Positions 1 to 13,103 are shown, counted from the first letter of the whole stretch. The stretch is 60,774 nucleotides of DNA, filler included, from Sphacelaria rigidula (GCA_964200075.2; 8 parts of 8 records of this genome joined end to end with filler, not necessarily neighbours in it), one strand, 5' to 3'. Numbers and translations: made by a program. Notes: generated from the letters alone by a model not told the origin.

Positions 1-205
1 GTTTTCGCCGGACCAGGGTCGCACTCAAACCACCAAGCGCGAAGTGCCGTGGTGTGTTCGGCGAGTCGCATGAAGGGTGACCTGCATCCTGTTAAGATTG
101 TTCGGCCCAAAGCCTACCGATTATCTTGCATTTGGATGACAGCCCACGATGAGTTGCTTTATTGTCTGGCATCGCCACTTCCTGAGACAGCCACGTCTTA
201 TACAC
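1..205 (-). mobile_element. Fragment of the C-tailed dispersed retroposon family (best copy 42954-43524)
   Basis: Colinear similarity to 43030-43240 and 30460-30590 (atgaagggtga.ctgcatcctg..aagattgttcggccc.aagcctac...). Followed by a G-rich run. Confidence 0.8.
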
Positions 206-3200
206 CGCTGCAGGGGGTGAGGGTGGGGGGGGGGGGTACATAGGATCTCGAAGGGTTTTTTGTCCGGCACTCCTGTGTCATCCAAGACTTTTAGCTCCTC
301 AATGCGAGCGGTAACATCTACAATTTTCCACATTTTTGAAGGGAAAACAAGCCATATACCGCAATTTTTCTCGCCTCCGGCGATTGGCTTCGCCGATTAA
401 CTGGGAAACAATCGATGTACTGGCTGCTGGCGCGGCCAGTTTAGACTTAACTGGCCAGAGCAGCTAGTTCACAGCCCTAAGGATGTCTCCAAAAATATGT
501 TGGATATACCGGCCTTGGTGTACAAGTATGTACATCGATAAATCATCCAGACACTGTATTTCACTGCAGCAGTGTACGCCATCTCTCCGTTGAACCATTT
601 CATGGCATTTGTGCAGTTGTTCGGCGCTGATGCACCCGTGGTAAACGCTGTGGGGCAATGACAGTAATGTGGTTGAGAGTAGTGATGGATTGAGAAATTT
701 AGTGAACTATATATTTCAGAACAGTGATGCTCACCTCCGTCGTGTCCGCTTATCTGCACACCGCGTCGTAAGGCGCTGGGTTGCAAAAGGTGCTGCACTG
801 CACTGTTGTCCTGATACATCGATCTCGATATCGCATGTCAGGTCGATATTGGACCCGGATACACGCCCGGACGTAGACTCGCAGCGACACGCGTTCGCGC
901 TACCCATACTCTAGTCTCCACGTGTCGCTTCGATACATGATAGATTCAGCTCGTGGTGTGGAATCTCGGCACACCTACTGTACACATGGTGGCGTCCCGG
1001 TAAACGTTATTCGCATTTTGGAGCGTCCCCAGGTTATCGGCAAAGTTGGATAGGATGCGTATCCAGACAGTAGTACAGTACAGACAGTGTGAACTGGGTT
1101 CCGAAAGAGATGTCTCAGGATATACAGGTGGCTTCACGATGGTTACACGACGCGATTTCATGCTGCACGCACGTCATTGAACTCGTCCTTAACCTGCCAT
1201 AACCTAGCGAAGGACTGAAGTGCATATAACGTCCACCAGTGGCCACCCATTAACTCTTCGACCCCCAGTGTGGGTCATCTGTTAGAAGAGAAGGACTTTG
1301 GTTTATTCCAAGAGTCCTGAAATATTCCGAGGTCGTCCGAGGGTGTGATGATGGCATTTGTCATTCCGGTCGATTCCTCTCGTCGTCGGGTGAAACCTGA
1401 TACCTTTCCAATGGATCAACCCGTCCCGGCGGGGAAACGACTCGCTTGAAGGCCACGGCGGGCCATCTCGATTTTGGCGCTTTGACCGCCAGGGTATATG
1501 GCGCAGGCAATCTTTTTTTCGAATCGGCATCATTCTCACTCGACAAAAAACCCGAAGACCCAGATACCTCAGATAGGAGCGTAATCATCAGCTCCGAAGT
1601 GGAATATTAAATAACGCAGGTTCAACACATCATCCATCTTGATTATCAACCAGGGTAAATTTGTCCGAGAAGCAGGAACTTAGCTTTGAACCAGTGTGCC
1701 AAAATCTCCTCTCCATGAACCCAAAACATAACTTTGGAACGAGTCGGTCATATCCATCTCCGAGGCCGAAACCCTCCAAAGCACCTCCCTGTTCAACATT
1801 CAGAACCCACCGACAACCGATCGTCCGGAGACTCGCGCCCCAATCTTTCAGTCCAAGCGTTCTATATTTGGATCAGTGACTGCGAGTACAGTTCACAGGT
1901 CAAACATCCATTTCAGCACGACAGGCCAGGGGCGCGTCCCTGGATGATCGATTTGCACTTGAGTTGGAAACAGCGATCTCGGAGATCTCTGACGCGAAGA
2001 TCTCGGACGTGAACATGGTGAACTCGACTCGAAGCATTTGTCGTCATACACCACAGGCTACTTATTCCCTCTCTTTTTGCATCCTTCCTATTTTCCCTGC
2101 TTCAAATTTTTCTTCCTCTTGAGATTCCCTCGGCGAGTTTTGCCCTTCTGTTTACCTTGCTTGGGTAGATCTGTATCTTCTCACCACGGTGGGGACCGTC
2201 AGTTCATGTGCGACAAATAAATCATTCCAGCACTCATAAGGGGGCTTCAACGTTTGGTCGCCGAGTACTGACTGGTTCGAAGGTAACACCGCATTTATGA
2301 ATCAACGTGTTAAACCCTTCGACTGCGAGGGCAGTAGGTCATCTGGTCATGCAGTCATTCTTCAGGTGAAAATTGGCGTTGATTCAACAAATGATCAATG
2401 CTCGCGGTCAAAGGGTTGCAATACAAGTATGAGACTCCGGCCCTGTCTTCATTGTCGAGACGAAAAAGGAAACGACAGACGTGACATTCTTCCAAGAGCA
2501 AGATGCTGATTCGTCGCCGGACCAGTCCATGGTTGGCGACAAAGCATCATACTGCTTTTGGACGCTTGATTCGTTCTACGCTTATTTTCTTGTCTCGACA
2601 AAGACACGGCGTTAGGACTCAACAACAGGTTGGTCTGTTGAAAAAGGCATATAATGTATTTCTATTCTCTGATTCTTGCATGCAGGAGTCTCGGGACTCA
2701 TCGGGGTCATCTGTTGAAATCAGCAGTACGTTCTGTTTTCATCTCGCGTGGACCCTGAGGATAGGACTCAAGATAACCGCCAAGCAGTCGAGCAATCTAT
2801 TTTGAGTCTGTTCGAGTGTAAAGTATGCGACTGCGCCCCTTCTTTCATCGTGGCATTTATTTGATACTTCTATCATAAAGATACATCCTTCGAGCTGTCA
2901 GGCGTCAAATCAAGTGTTGAACACTTCCAAGGCCCAGAGATGGTCATCTGTTGAGTCGGCATCATGTTTGCATGAAAAATGGTCTTCGGACACGGCTGGT
3001 TACCGGGCTAACCATTTGACCGCAACCACCCGCGTGGGTGGGTCACGTGGGTACGTACCTGTACACACCCTGGACAATAGATTCCGTTGTTAAAAGTATA
3101 CTGCGTACAGTATAGCATATATTGGTTATTGGGACACACGTAGTAGTTGATACTGTACGCAGCACACTTTTTGACAGCGCAATGTGGTAGCCAGGTTGTG

Positions 3201-4307
3201 ACACGTTTATTCTTCAAGGGAAAAAGGTGACGATCCAGAGCATGCCCGCCCAGTCAGGCGGTCGAGCCGACATTTTTTCAGTGGATAGACAAGAATTATC
3301 GTCCGGAGTTGCCCATCTGCAGTTTGGGGTCGAAAACAAGTGTAGTTTTCAGGTAAGAAGGTAAGGATTTAGCCCTTAGACCGTGAGGGTACTCGATCTG
3401 GATCATGCATACTTCATTCAAGTGGAATCGATGTCGGTTCAACAGATGACCTACTCTCGCCGTCCAAGCGTTAGCAGACGGCCGACCCGAGCGGTCGAGT
3501 AGGCATTATTTTCGGTTGAGAAAGGAGCCTCAGAAGCCGAAGTTGCTCTTCTGCAGAAAATCAGGGCCGAGAACAAAAGCAATACAAAGGGGGCACCTTT
3601 TCCGCGTGGACTACTTCGCACCTCGTGCGGGACACTGACATTTTCCGACGCGTCTCATCACTTCTTCTCAGTGTACTGATCCAGATCGTGAGGCAGCTCA
3701 TTTCGCCACTTTTTTCGCATCAGCTCCCGACAGCACTGGGCGCCAACCACGCGGAGTAGCGGCGAAAGTGGCGCTTTGGCTTCTCGCTTTGGCTTCTCGG
3801 ACACTGCAGTCACGTATTTTGTGTGTTTTGTGTTTTGTATACAATTGATCTGAGATTTCTGTTCGATTAGTTTTTGAAGTTAGCTCATGAACTGTCCGAC
3901 TCAGGCTTTTCTCCTTATCGCAAACGCCCTCTCTAAAACAACGCAAAATAGAATATATACACTCGTAGATCGAGGTGTAGATGATAGCTTGAACCTGGAA
4001 ACCATCTTCGATGACCGAAGTAGAGTACAAGCGACCTGCCACCTACAACAGGAAGGAATAATACCCCCGCTTTCTGGGCCCGCTGAGGCTAAAACCTAAT
4101 TTTGTGGCGTCAGCTGGAATAATACTGGTAGTGTCGAAGGCCGATATCTCGATATCTCCGCCTTCTTATATCAGATGCGAGGTTCCCAAGATATTCAACC
4201 CCTGGACAGCGAGGATCGGTCATGTGGGCCATGTATAAATTTTTCGAGTGAAATTGATGCCGATCCAGTAGATGACCTATGCTGGCGATCAAAAAGTTAA
4301 AAGTTAA

Positions 4308-4408
4308 CCCTTTGACCGCGAGGTTAGGTCACCTGCGGAATCGGCATCAAATTCACTTGAAAAAATAGTGCATGATCTAGATGGACTACCCGCACCGCGG
4401 TCCAAGGG
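4308..4408. mobile_element. ~100-bp piggyBac-like MITE; decayed copies near 2310-2418, 3370-3473, 4199-4296, 5125-5210, 46163-46264, 50955-51031
   Basis: TTAA at 4304-4307 and 4409-4412; termini CCCTTTGACCGCG / CGCGGTCCAAGGG. TTAA TSD with CCC...GGG ends is the piggyBac signature. Confidence 0.8.
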
Positions 4409-6363
4409 TTAACAGCAATATACTGCTAGTTCCGGAATCCCGAGTTCAGACATACCTACAGTACAGTATTAGAGGTACACAGTATTCTTCATTCATCATT
4501 CGACCGCCAAGGTAGACCAATCGACATAATTTTCACTTGAAAAATGAGAAGATTGAAGATTACCCACATGACCCACCCTGGCGGTCGAACCAGGCCGAAA
4601 AGTTCAGCCCGAGTCTCAAGCCTGAAGCTTCGAGGATCTGCATTGAAATTGCACGATCATATCGAAAGATGTTTTGATAGGGTCCGTGTGCTTCCTACAA
4701 TTTTTGTAGACTTCTCCTATATTTGTGGATGCCAGGCACATATTTTGCAGGGGGAAAAAAAAAAAGACCCAAATGGATGACGATGCCACAGACCCCTCAC
4801 CGCCGACAGGATGAGCAACCATGCCTGACGGTGATCCATGAGGTCAACACAATGCCGGTTCAACAAATGGGTAAATCGGAGAGCCCTATGGATGGATATA
4901 CGTATCAATAATATCAACCATGAAAATCGGAGACGCATCGGGGTATGATGCGTCATTTCTTATTGGCTAATCTGTGCGCCTATAAAACACAAGCATGAAA
5001 ATACGGGAAAACAACTATTCTATCACCTGTATGAAGGCAGAAAGCCGGTAACTCTACCCTTAGATGGTTCTTTGCCGAACTGGCTTCTTTCGCAAGTCCG
5101 TCCTTGTTCCTGTGGGTTTCTTTTCACCCTTGACCGCGTGTGGGTTCTACATTCATCCTTCGAGTTTAGATGATGCCGATTCAACATATGATCCAGCCTG
5201 ACTGCCAGAGGATAAAGACGTGCCAGGTTGGAGCAATCACTCGATATAATGATGCTCAAGGGCGTATCGGTTAACCTCCTGACGCAATCCACTCCATAAC
5301 AGGGACCGATCACGAAATCTGTTGCATATCATACCCCACTGCAGCAAGATTCTAGTCGACTTGCGCAAGGGTGTACTGCAACAGGACAGCACACGAAGTC
5401 AACCGCATAATACAAATGCAATAGAAGACCGTAGTAGACGATTGTACTGTACAGTGAATACGTGACAGTGCGGCAGAGGACGAGATTGGTCATCGACCGT
5501 CCGTCGCCAATATGTACCCTCCTGGTTTAGGCCATACTACCGTGTGCCGTACAGCGGGTGCCGTGATCATCGTACAACAGATGAAACCCAGCTTGTTGTT
5601 GCGCAGCCGCATTTGCAAATGCACGACAAACAGCTGGAGGAGATGGATGCACATGCGGGTGGTGTAGAGAAGGGCTTCAAATGGCATGTAGTATGTCATT
5701 GGATGTGGTGGAACTGAAGCTGGCTGTTCGTTGGACACAAGCAGCCTGCGTGCTGCTGCCCACATTGAACACGTGAGCAGCAGAACGCGCGCGTACCTCA
5801 GTATCTGAAACACCCGCAAATCACAGCTCCAACTTGAAATACATTACACCGCTTTCCTACAGGATTTTGTATGCACAGTATCACATCCATTACACAGCCA
5901 AGTAAACTCCCCTGAAACTCCCTCTATTTCAGAGTTGTACTGTCATGTTTGCCCTTTTTGGGAACAATGAGTGGCAGCCACCGCGCGAACATCTCCAGCA
6001 CGCAATAACAAAATCGGCGACCTTCGGGTACACGTAACGAGGTGCCCGACAATCACGGAAGACAGATGTGTGTGATGGGACGTCACCCACGTACATGCGC
6101 ACAATTTGGGTCGTAAAATCTTGTTGGGCTGTCGGAGGTTGCCGGGTCGCAGGCAGAGACACATCATAGAGGAACAACCGCTCCTGCTGCATGCGTTTCA
6201 TGCGCCAGCAAAGACAATATTATGCTACCATACCCCATTTGTCCGTATCGTTGGTGCGGTATTAATATCCTGTCGTGCTGCATCAACCGTTTGTTTTGTG
6301 TTCGCCTGTTTCTGTACTGTTCGTCCATGAATTGAGTCGACGTAACCATCACTACATACTCAC

Positions 6364-6462
6364 CAAAAGGTACCGATGCCAGAGGTTGACCACGTTGAGG
6401 ACGGTCACCACCCCGAGCGCATAGTGCGCCTTTCCCGGGGAAGCCTTCTGGTGTTTTCCCAT
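6364..6462 (-). CDS. Putative first coding exon of a membrane protein, possibly an MFS (Spinster-like) transporter
   Basis: ATG at 6462 reads MGKHQKASPGKAHYALGVVTVLNVVNLWHRYLL, then a GTGAGT donor. It resembles MFS TM1 (Y-L-L---N--N---R). Downstream exons could not be assigned with confidence. Confidence 0.45.
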
Positions 6463-7510
6463 CTCCGTGTGTTACTCGTTGGCAGCACAGCACCACACAG
6501 CCCGAATGCACAGGCCCACAAACACGGCAATACCTCCTCCCTGTTGTTCACGTAGATTCCATCGGCTCTTGCTGAATATGTAGCGGATCAGCTTCAACCC
6601 CTGTCTGTATTCTAGTGGCCTACAAAACCCAACCTCCTGATGAATCACTGGGGCCGGCGAATAATGGCAGAGGTGGTGGGTGCCTTGAAAAAAATATATT
6701 TGTGGCGGGTGTGAGCAAACTCGAGAGATGGGACCTGCAACAGTCCAGACAGTGTACAGTTTGATTACACTTAATGTACATGTGTAAATACGCCGTTGGC
6801 ATCCTTTGACGCTATGCGAATGGCATGATCGGGGATTTCGTTCTTTTAGAGGTCTGGTGTCAACCAAGCACGTTCATTCAAAGATATTATTTGCCGTGAG
6901 CAGGAGCGACTTTTGAAAAGTTTGAAATCTCCTGGTCGCATGTGAAAATATGTTGTATGAAGGTTTCGACGAGCATATAACAGAACGGTATATGCATAGC
7001 GGGAGTCGCGCGACAAACAGCCGACATTGGATATTCTATACTGTTGGTCGACTGAATGTACCCCAGCTGCCCAAGCATTTAACCGTCAACAAAATGTGCA
7101 AGCACGTAAGTGCATCAGCCCTCGTCATGGGGTCTCCTTCCGCCTCATATTATGCCTGGCGCCTGCGATGATAGATGGTTGTGGATTCGTATTTGTTCTG
7201 TAAATTCTTCGGAATTGATGCAACTGGGGAAAACCGCAACTTGGAAAAAGAGACTTGACAAGATGCCTGCAGTCGTTAGGCACTGACTTGAGTATTTACA
7301 TAAACATTATCCATATCTACTGTTTTCGAGTTGGATGTTGTTGCCGGTGAGGGCGTGTTCTAGGCCGTGTCTTATCAAATTGTTTTTGACTCGAAAACGT
7401 ACGGTGGAGTCAAATCTGCTCGTACCTGATACGTCCACGGCATTCATGTTCTCAGCAATCTCAGAAAATTAGTAGCGTGTGGACGAATCAGAAACGAGCG
7501 AATTCGATTC

Positions 7511-7610
7511 NNNNNNNNNNNNNNNNNNNNNNNNNNNNNNNNNNNNNNNNNNNNTTAATTAATTAANNNNNNNNNNNNNNNNNNNNNNNNNNNNNNNNNN
7601 NNNNNNNNNN
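7511..7610. other. Artificial scaffold-joining linker (N44-TTAATTAATTAA-N44); identical linkers at 15121-15220, 22730-22829, 30339-30438, 37948-38047, 45557-45656, 53166-53265
   Basis: Seven identical 100-bp spacers carrying a six-frame stop 12-mer. They separate segments of 7510, 7510 and 6 x 7509 bp (length-sorted), which sum with the linkers to 60774. Confidence 0.97.
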
Positions 7611-8592
7611 AGGTACACAAGTGTGTTCATACTTCACCTGTAGGAGCTGGATCGCATAGAAACTGATCTGTCCGACGTGTGAAAGAAACGCCAACGAATG
7701 CGCTAAAAAAAATCGAAAATCAAATCAGACGCCGTTAAGGGCTCGTACATAAATAACTTCCCAGACTTATGAGACAGAGGAAGTATACTTCGGAACCCAC
7801 GGCATTTTAACCCGAATCCGAGACAGGTAGTTTCCTGGTACTTTGATTTTTGAAATGTCAGCGAATCACAAGGAAGGATAATAATTCAAGGGTAAAGCTT
7901 TGCCTTACCAGACCGCTAGATGATGCATGCATGGCATCCGCGATCCTTTTTCTCCACATGACCGAAATAGTAGCAGCAAACGAGAAACGTGTGACCTCCT
8001 CGTCTGGTCCGTGTTACGTACTGTATTCCGTGCGAGGTAACCGGGTCGCCCTCTCCCTTTTGTGCACCCCGAATTCTCCAGAAGTATGCGGTCCACTCAA
8101 AAATCAGAATGGAACGCTTTTGGACATTAAAGCGCGAAATAAACATGGAGAGAAGAGACCTAGGGTTAGCGTTTTTGACGCATGAGGACATTTTTTTTCT
8201 GTGATTCGTTCTGTTAACACACTTAATCATGTTGTCCTTGTTCAGGGGGAGTGGGGTAGGGGCGATGAGCTATGTGGGTAGTATACAGCTTTTCTTTTTC
8301 CAGCACAGCATCATATATATTTTCAAATGAAGCGAGCTTTTTGTGATGTGGGAAAGGCTGATTTACCCAAATTCTCGTTACAATTTTTTGTCGAAGAAAA
8401 AAAAGTATACAAGTGAAATATAAATAATTAATGAATGAATTAAATGTTGATTGAGGATGGATGGTTGGATGGTTGGTTGGATTTATTTTTTGGACAAGGG
8501 AAGAACAATATATTCTTCACATGGTAGTACAGAAGCAGTACTGTGCAAGTCTCACACTCCCTGCACTGGTGGTGTGGTGTTTGTACCTACAG

Positions 8593-8790
8593 GAAAGGGA
8601 GACAACAAACTGGGCAAACTCCTTGAGAAAGTGAGAGCGGACGCGCTGTCCGGCAAGGACACGGACGTGTGGTGCACCATGCGATTCGAGCTGGCGCGGC
8701 CACTGGACGTGGCTCTTAGCCTCATCGTGACTAAGGGCGGTAACGTCGTGGCGGAACCTTCGTTCGAAGGGAAGCCAGTCTTGAAAATGG
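8593..8790 (+). CDS. Exon of NADAR-FHA fusion protein: NADAR/YbiA C-terminal motif, linker and start of FHA
   Basis: CAG acceptor, GTGAGT donor, phase 1-1. Reads GKGDNKLGKLLEKVRADA...KPVLKMG; G-x-G-x-N-x-LG-x-LL-x-x-[LV]R is the NADAR C-terminal motif. Confidence 0.8.
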
Positions 8791-10471
8791 GTGAGTTCTG
8801 ACGTCTCCCGAGGAGATCATCAACAGGCGTGTTTCCGCCGTCCATCATGGAGTCACGTCGCGGTAGGGGTTGCATATTTGGGCCCAGATGTTCTCGTTGA
8901 GGATTTCCTAGGAGTGAGGAGTTACACCAGAATATGAGGGTCGGGACATTTCCGGTTTTGAAACTTTGAAATCTCACCAAAAACACAATTTTTTCCATTT
9001 GGAGCATCAAAACCTGCAGAACTGCCAAGTTTGAGGATGATCTTAGCTTTTCTACAACATATATACGGGAAATCGTCACGGGGCTGTCTGAGTCTTTTCT
9101 ACGTATCATGAGTGGAAGTTAGACGACGCCAAAAGTCCACATCACCGAAACATTACGGTTTCGGGTATAATTCGACCCAGTTGGAACCGTTTTAAAATAT
9201 GTTTCTCCCGTTAGATTCCCGAGGTGATGACGGTCACTACGATTCAAAGCATGAGGAGATTCGGTGGAAATTAGGCTTGGCATTCGTGTTTTCAATTTCA
9301 GAACAACTTGAAAGGCGCTGATTGGTCGAGGCACATTTTTGTCCATGGCGCCCCCGCTACAGTCTTAAACAAAAATCCGGCTTTGTCACTGCCTTCGTCT
9401 GTTCATTGCGGTCAGTGTGATACCATGTATGGGATTACTGGGTGCGTATTGCAGAAGGCATTTGCTGATGACAGAATTTTGGGTCTTTCGCGTGAACCAG
9501 CCTGTTGCAATTCAAACTCGAGCGTTTTTTTTTTTCGTGCGCCCCGACCGTGGCACCCACTAGTCCACGTGGTAATTCTTGGTGTCTGTGTTTCGATAAT
9601 GCAGCGAAGGCTGCATGTGGTGGTGTGGAATAGTGGGGAAGGGATTTTCGTCTTGCTCAGCGGTACTGAAGTCCTTTTTTCCTGTACATTTCTAAGGAAT
9701 GCTGCTCTCTCTCTCTCTGTCTCATGTTTCTCTCTCTCTGCGTCTGTCTATCTGTCGCGCGCGCGGCAATAAATATCATGGTCGGTCGCGTGTTGTTGTA
9801 GGGTCTCCGTGAAAATGTGTGCGTGTGTGTGTGTGCCGCAACATTCCAGTCTTTGTTCGAATGATGCAGCGGTATCCCTCCCCCCCCCCCACTCCCCCAA
9901 AACCAGCCCAAAACTGTTACGAAGAAAATGGTCATGCAGCGCCTGGTGTTTGGTTTCAGGTTGCTTGAAGCGCCTCATACGGGCGACACTGCCGAGAACG
10001 ATTCCAAGCGCGTGGGACTTCCTAGCTGCTCGGTGTGCTCGGCGTTTGTCATTTCGATTCGCACGTAGATCTTGCCTCCTCAAACCAACCACTTTTCTGG
10101 AGGAGGGGGCTGTCGCAGCATCACTCGTTCTACGCATTTTTTTTTAATTTTTATCGTTGGAATGATAATCAGCGAGCGGAATAATTGCGAATAGTTCTCT
10201 TGGTATTATGTCGGTGCTGGTGCCTGTCGAGTGTGTTCAGGCTTAGACGCAACAGCGGTCAAGATGATGCTGAAAATAAATAGCACGAATGACGCAGCGC
10301 AGTATGCTCTTCTTGAATCGACAAGTCGGAAGGGAGATATTCCGCGCCCGTTTCCTCTTCCCTTTCCACCTAGGACGGGCATAAGATATGTGAAAGGTTT
10401 TGTGCAATGCATGGAAGAAACGTAATGAGCGCCGGAATGTTGAAGGTGACTTTATGAGGAGTAGGGACGGT

Positions 10472-10549
10472 GCTCCGTCTCGAAAGGGATGCGTGGTCAA
10501 TGGTCAAACGACTAAGGCGAGCAACAAATGAGTACGCCCCCCCCCCCCT
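10472..10549 (+). mobile_element. 5'-truncated copy of the C-tailed retroposon 3' end; similar copies at 11030-11112 and 17533-17614
   Basis: gctcc.tctcgaaagggatgcgtggtcaat.gtcaaacgactaagg...gcaacaaatgagtacg followed by a C-run. Near-identical at 17533 and homologous to the reverse complement of 42940-43022. Confidence 0.7.
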
Positions 10550-11199
10550 TCCCACCCGTCATAGGACAAGGGTTAGGTTCGAGTGTAGTGAAACGAAGCA
10601 GGGTCATGATCTAAATCACAGTGTCGTGGGGGAGGGGTTGATGGAAATCACGGTAGAGTTGATGTGAGATATGTACTAAAAACGTGCGCGCGCACGCGTA
10701 AAAATTCCGGAACGGTGTGCTCTGAACTGCTGTGTTGGTCACTATCCGTGTTTTCCTGTGAAGTAAGACATGGGTCAGAGCTTTCATCTTGGGATCTGCA
10801 GTCAAGTTTTGTTGGAAATCACATGGCAAGACAGTTTTACAGAGGGTCGGAAACGAGGTTACTAAGCAACGCGAGAACTGATGGCAGTTGCCCGACACAC
10901 TACTCTGTAGTACTATTCAGACCCTGTACCTACAGCGTCCCCACCCTGTCCCGTGAGCCTTATATTTATGAGTGTCGGATTGTCTCCCCCGCCCCCCTGT
11001 CCTGGAGCCTGGTTCGTTGAAAGGGCCCCGCTCCGGCTTTGTAGGGATGCGAGGTCAATCGTCGTATGCTACGGCATCAACGCATTCAAAATCATGAGTA
11101 CATCCGCCCCCCATCCCCTGTCTCTTGTATATTTTCTCCGTGTTTGTGTCTTTCTTTCGATTCGCTGTTTGCTGTTGGGTTCATTATCCACCGCGACAG

Positions 11200-11336
11200 G
11201 TAAGCTGACTGAAAACGAGGTGGTTATGGCGCACCCCTCCGTGAGCAGGTCCCACGCCTTGCTTGTCATCGACAGGAAGTTTGGCGCGTTCCTTGTGGAC
11301 CTGGGAGCGTCAAATGGCTCATTTGTCAACGGGCGG
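11200..11336 (+). CDS. Exon of NADAR-FHA fusion protein: FHA domain core
   Basis: CAG acceptor, GTGAGC donor, phase 1-0. Reads (G)KLTENEVVMAHPSVSRSHALLVIDRKFGAFLVDLGASNGSFVNGR with the FHA motifs SxxH and DLxSxNGxFVNG. Confidence 0.88.
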
Positions 11337-12010
11337 GTGAGCAACTTGACCATCCCGAGAGAGGCTGTTTCCGAAATAAAGAACGAAGAAAAGAAGATGG
11401 AAATGATATTAATTGGGGTATCTGACGTGATGCTGGATTTTTTTTTTTTAATGAAGATTCGTTTCGGGGATGACACGTGCTATTAATTCTACTGGAAGGA
11501 TCCTACTCGGTAATGGCGACCTCGTTTTGCGGTGGCGATATACCACAGTAACGACTGTTTTTGTCCGAGTTGCGTCTTCTATGTGACCACGGTTGGATTC
11601 CTGGGCCATCAGTTAGAGTGCGACAATCTGCGGCTCCAAGTTGCCGTGAGGTGTTCTACGTACGTTGCGGAGGTTGCACAGAGCGAGACTTGGGGGAGCA
11701 CGTGCACGCCGTGTCGATTACACTTCCGCGAAATGCGGTTTGTTGCCCCGTTTCGGCCGTCAAGCGGCTGTTGCGACGCGATTGAGCTTAGAGTACCGCC
11801 ACAGCAAGGTCTACGCAGGAAGGAGTACTACATGCGGTACAGGCAGCCAGCTGTGTACCTACGGTACGACTACAGGCTTGTGTGTAGTGGAGGTGTCCCC
11901 TGCATGTCTGCAGTACAGTCCGCAGAGAGTGCACAACAACAGAACAACCCGATTGCAGTCAGCGACATATTAAGCGCCGCCGCTGCCACCCTCGCCCCCC
12001 TCATCCGCAG

Positions 12011-12193
12011 CGTCTGGCGCCATTTGTTCCTGAGCCGATCACGGCCGGCAGCGAGGAGCTCAACTTCGCGAAGTCAAAGCGCACGTATGTGTTATCGAGA
12101 GTGGAGAATGACCTCAGGGAGGCCAAGAAGCGTGAGCTCTATGCCAGCATGTCTAATCCCGTTGCGGTGTCCAAGCCGGAGCCGGACTCGACG
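12011..12193 (+). CDS. Exon of NADAR-FHA fusion protein: FHA C-terminal strands plus helical segment
   Basis: CAG acceptor, GTGAGA donor, phase 0-0. Reads RLAPFVPEPITAGSEELNFAKSKRTYVLSRVENDLREAKKRELYASMSNPVAVSKPEPDST, continuing the FHA pattern in frame. Confidence 0.8.
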
Positions 12194-12267
12194 GTGAGAC
12201 TTGTGTACAGTACCGTAGGTTATAGGTGACATCGCCGGTACGTAGTGTACCACCCCTCCCTCCTCTA

Positions 12268-12298
12268 GGGTTAGGGTTGGGGTTAGGGTTAGGGTTAG
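12268..12298 (+). repeat. Interstitial telomere-type (TTAGGG)n tract
   Basis: gggttagggttggggttagggttagggttagg, followed by a motif (aaagcgatgaggta.cacaaatta..gttggcgg) repeated near 14218. Confidence 0.75.
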
Positions 12299-12775
12299 GT
12301 TTAAAGCGATGAGGTACCACAAATTAACGTTGGCGGGAATAATAAATAAATGAAATAAATCTTTGTTCGGATACGGTTTTTATTTTTTGGTTGGGAGTGG
12401 TTGTGGTTGGATGATTATTTTTTCGAAAAAGGGAAGACAATAATATGGATCGGAGAATAATTTAATAACTCGGCAATTTTCGCAATCAGACCAGCTGCCG
12501 GCGCAAATAATTCGCAAGAAAATGTATGAGTAGACCAGCGACCCTTCGCAGAAGAGGAGCGTACGTATATATTTTTTGTCGACCCCAGTTGTTGTTGATG
12601 TTGTTGTTGTTGTCTTCACATTAAAAGCCGTTCCTATATCTGNNNNNNNNNNGGTACATTGGTACTGGGCATCTTATGCGGACGCCTTCCGTGGTCACAG
12701 GCTAGCAGAAGAAACCCAGTGGTATCCGTTATAGTCCGCGATCGAGCGACCTGTGTAGTTGGGGAGAACGGTTTT

Positions 12776-13103
12776 GCCATCAAAGGGACCTCAAGGCACA
12801 GGGTTATAGATGCCTTCAAGAGGAGGTCGACGGGGTCATACTTTCGCCTTCCTGAGTGCTGCCAGCCTGCGGCGCTGAGGACGCCAAGGAGGTCGCATCC
12901 TGTCTCAATAGCTTCATCCGGACTCGCATCCGATCTCAAGCTTTCAGCTTGGACTGTCCGGATAGAGCTCTTGAGACCGGATGCAACCTCCTTGGCGTCC
13001 TCAGCGTCGCAGGCTGGCATCACCAAGGAAGACGGGAGCATGACCCCGTCGACCCCTTGTTGGAAGTACCTATAACCCTGTGCCTCGAGGTCCCCTCTGA
13101 TGG
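12776..13103. repeat. Long imperfect inverted repeat (~147-bp arms) in an intron of the NADAR-FHA gene
   Basis: 12776-12922 pairs with ~12956-13103, about 85% identity by eye, with a ~30-nt loop. Confidence 0.9.

Noticed and set aside
3962-5640. Further exons of the minus-strand membrane gene (e.g. VAGRLYSTSVIEDGFQ near 4000-4042, AWLLILSA near 4802-4825)
   Set aside because: Splice signals are plausible, but the pieces are too short and lack a recognisable motif.
12268-12298. True chromosome end
   Set aside because: The tract is short, degenerate, internal and inside an intron; the same applies to 18879-18928.
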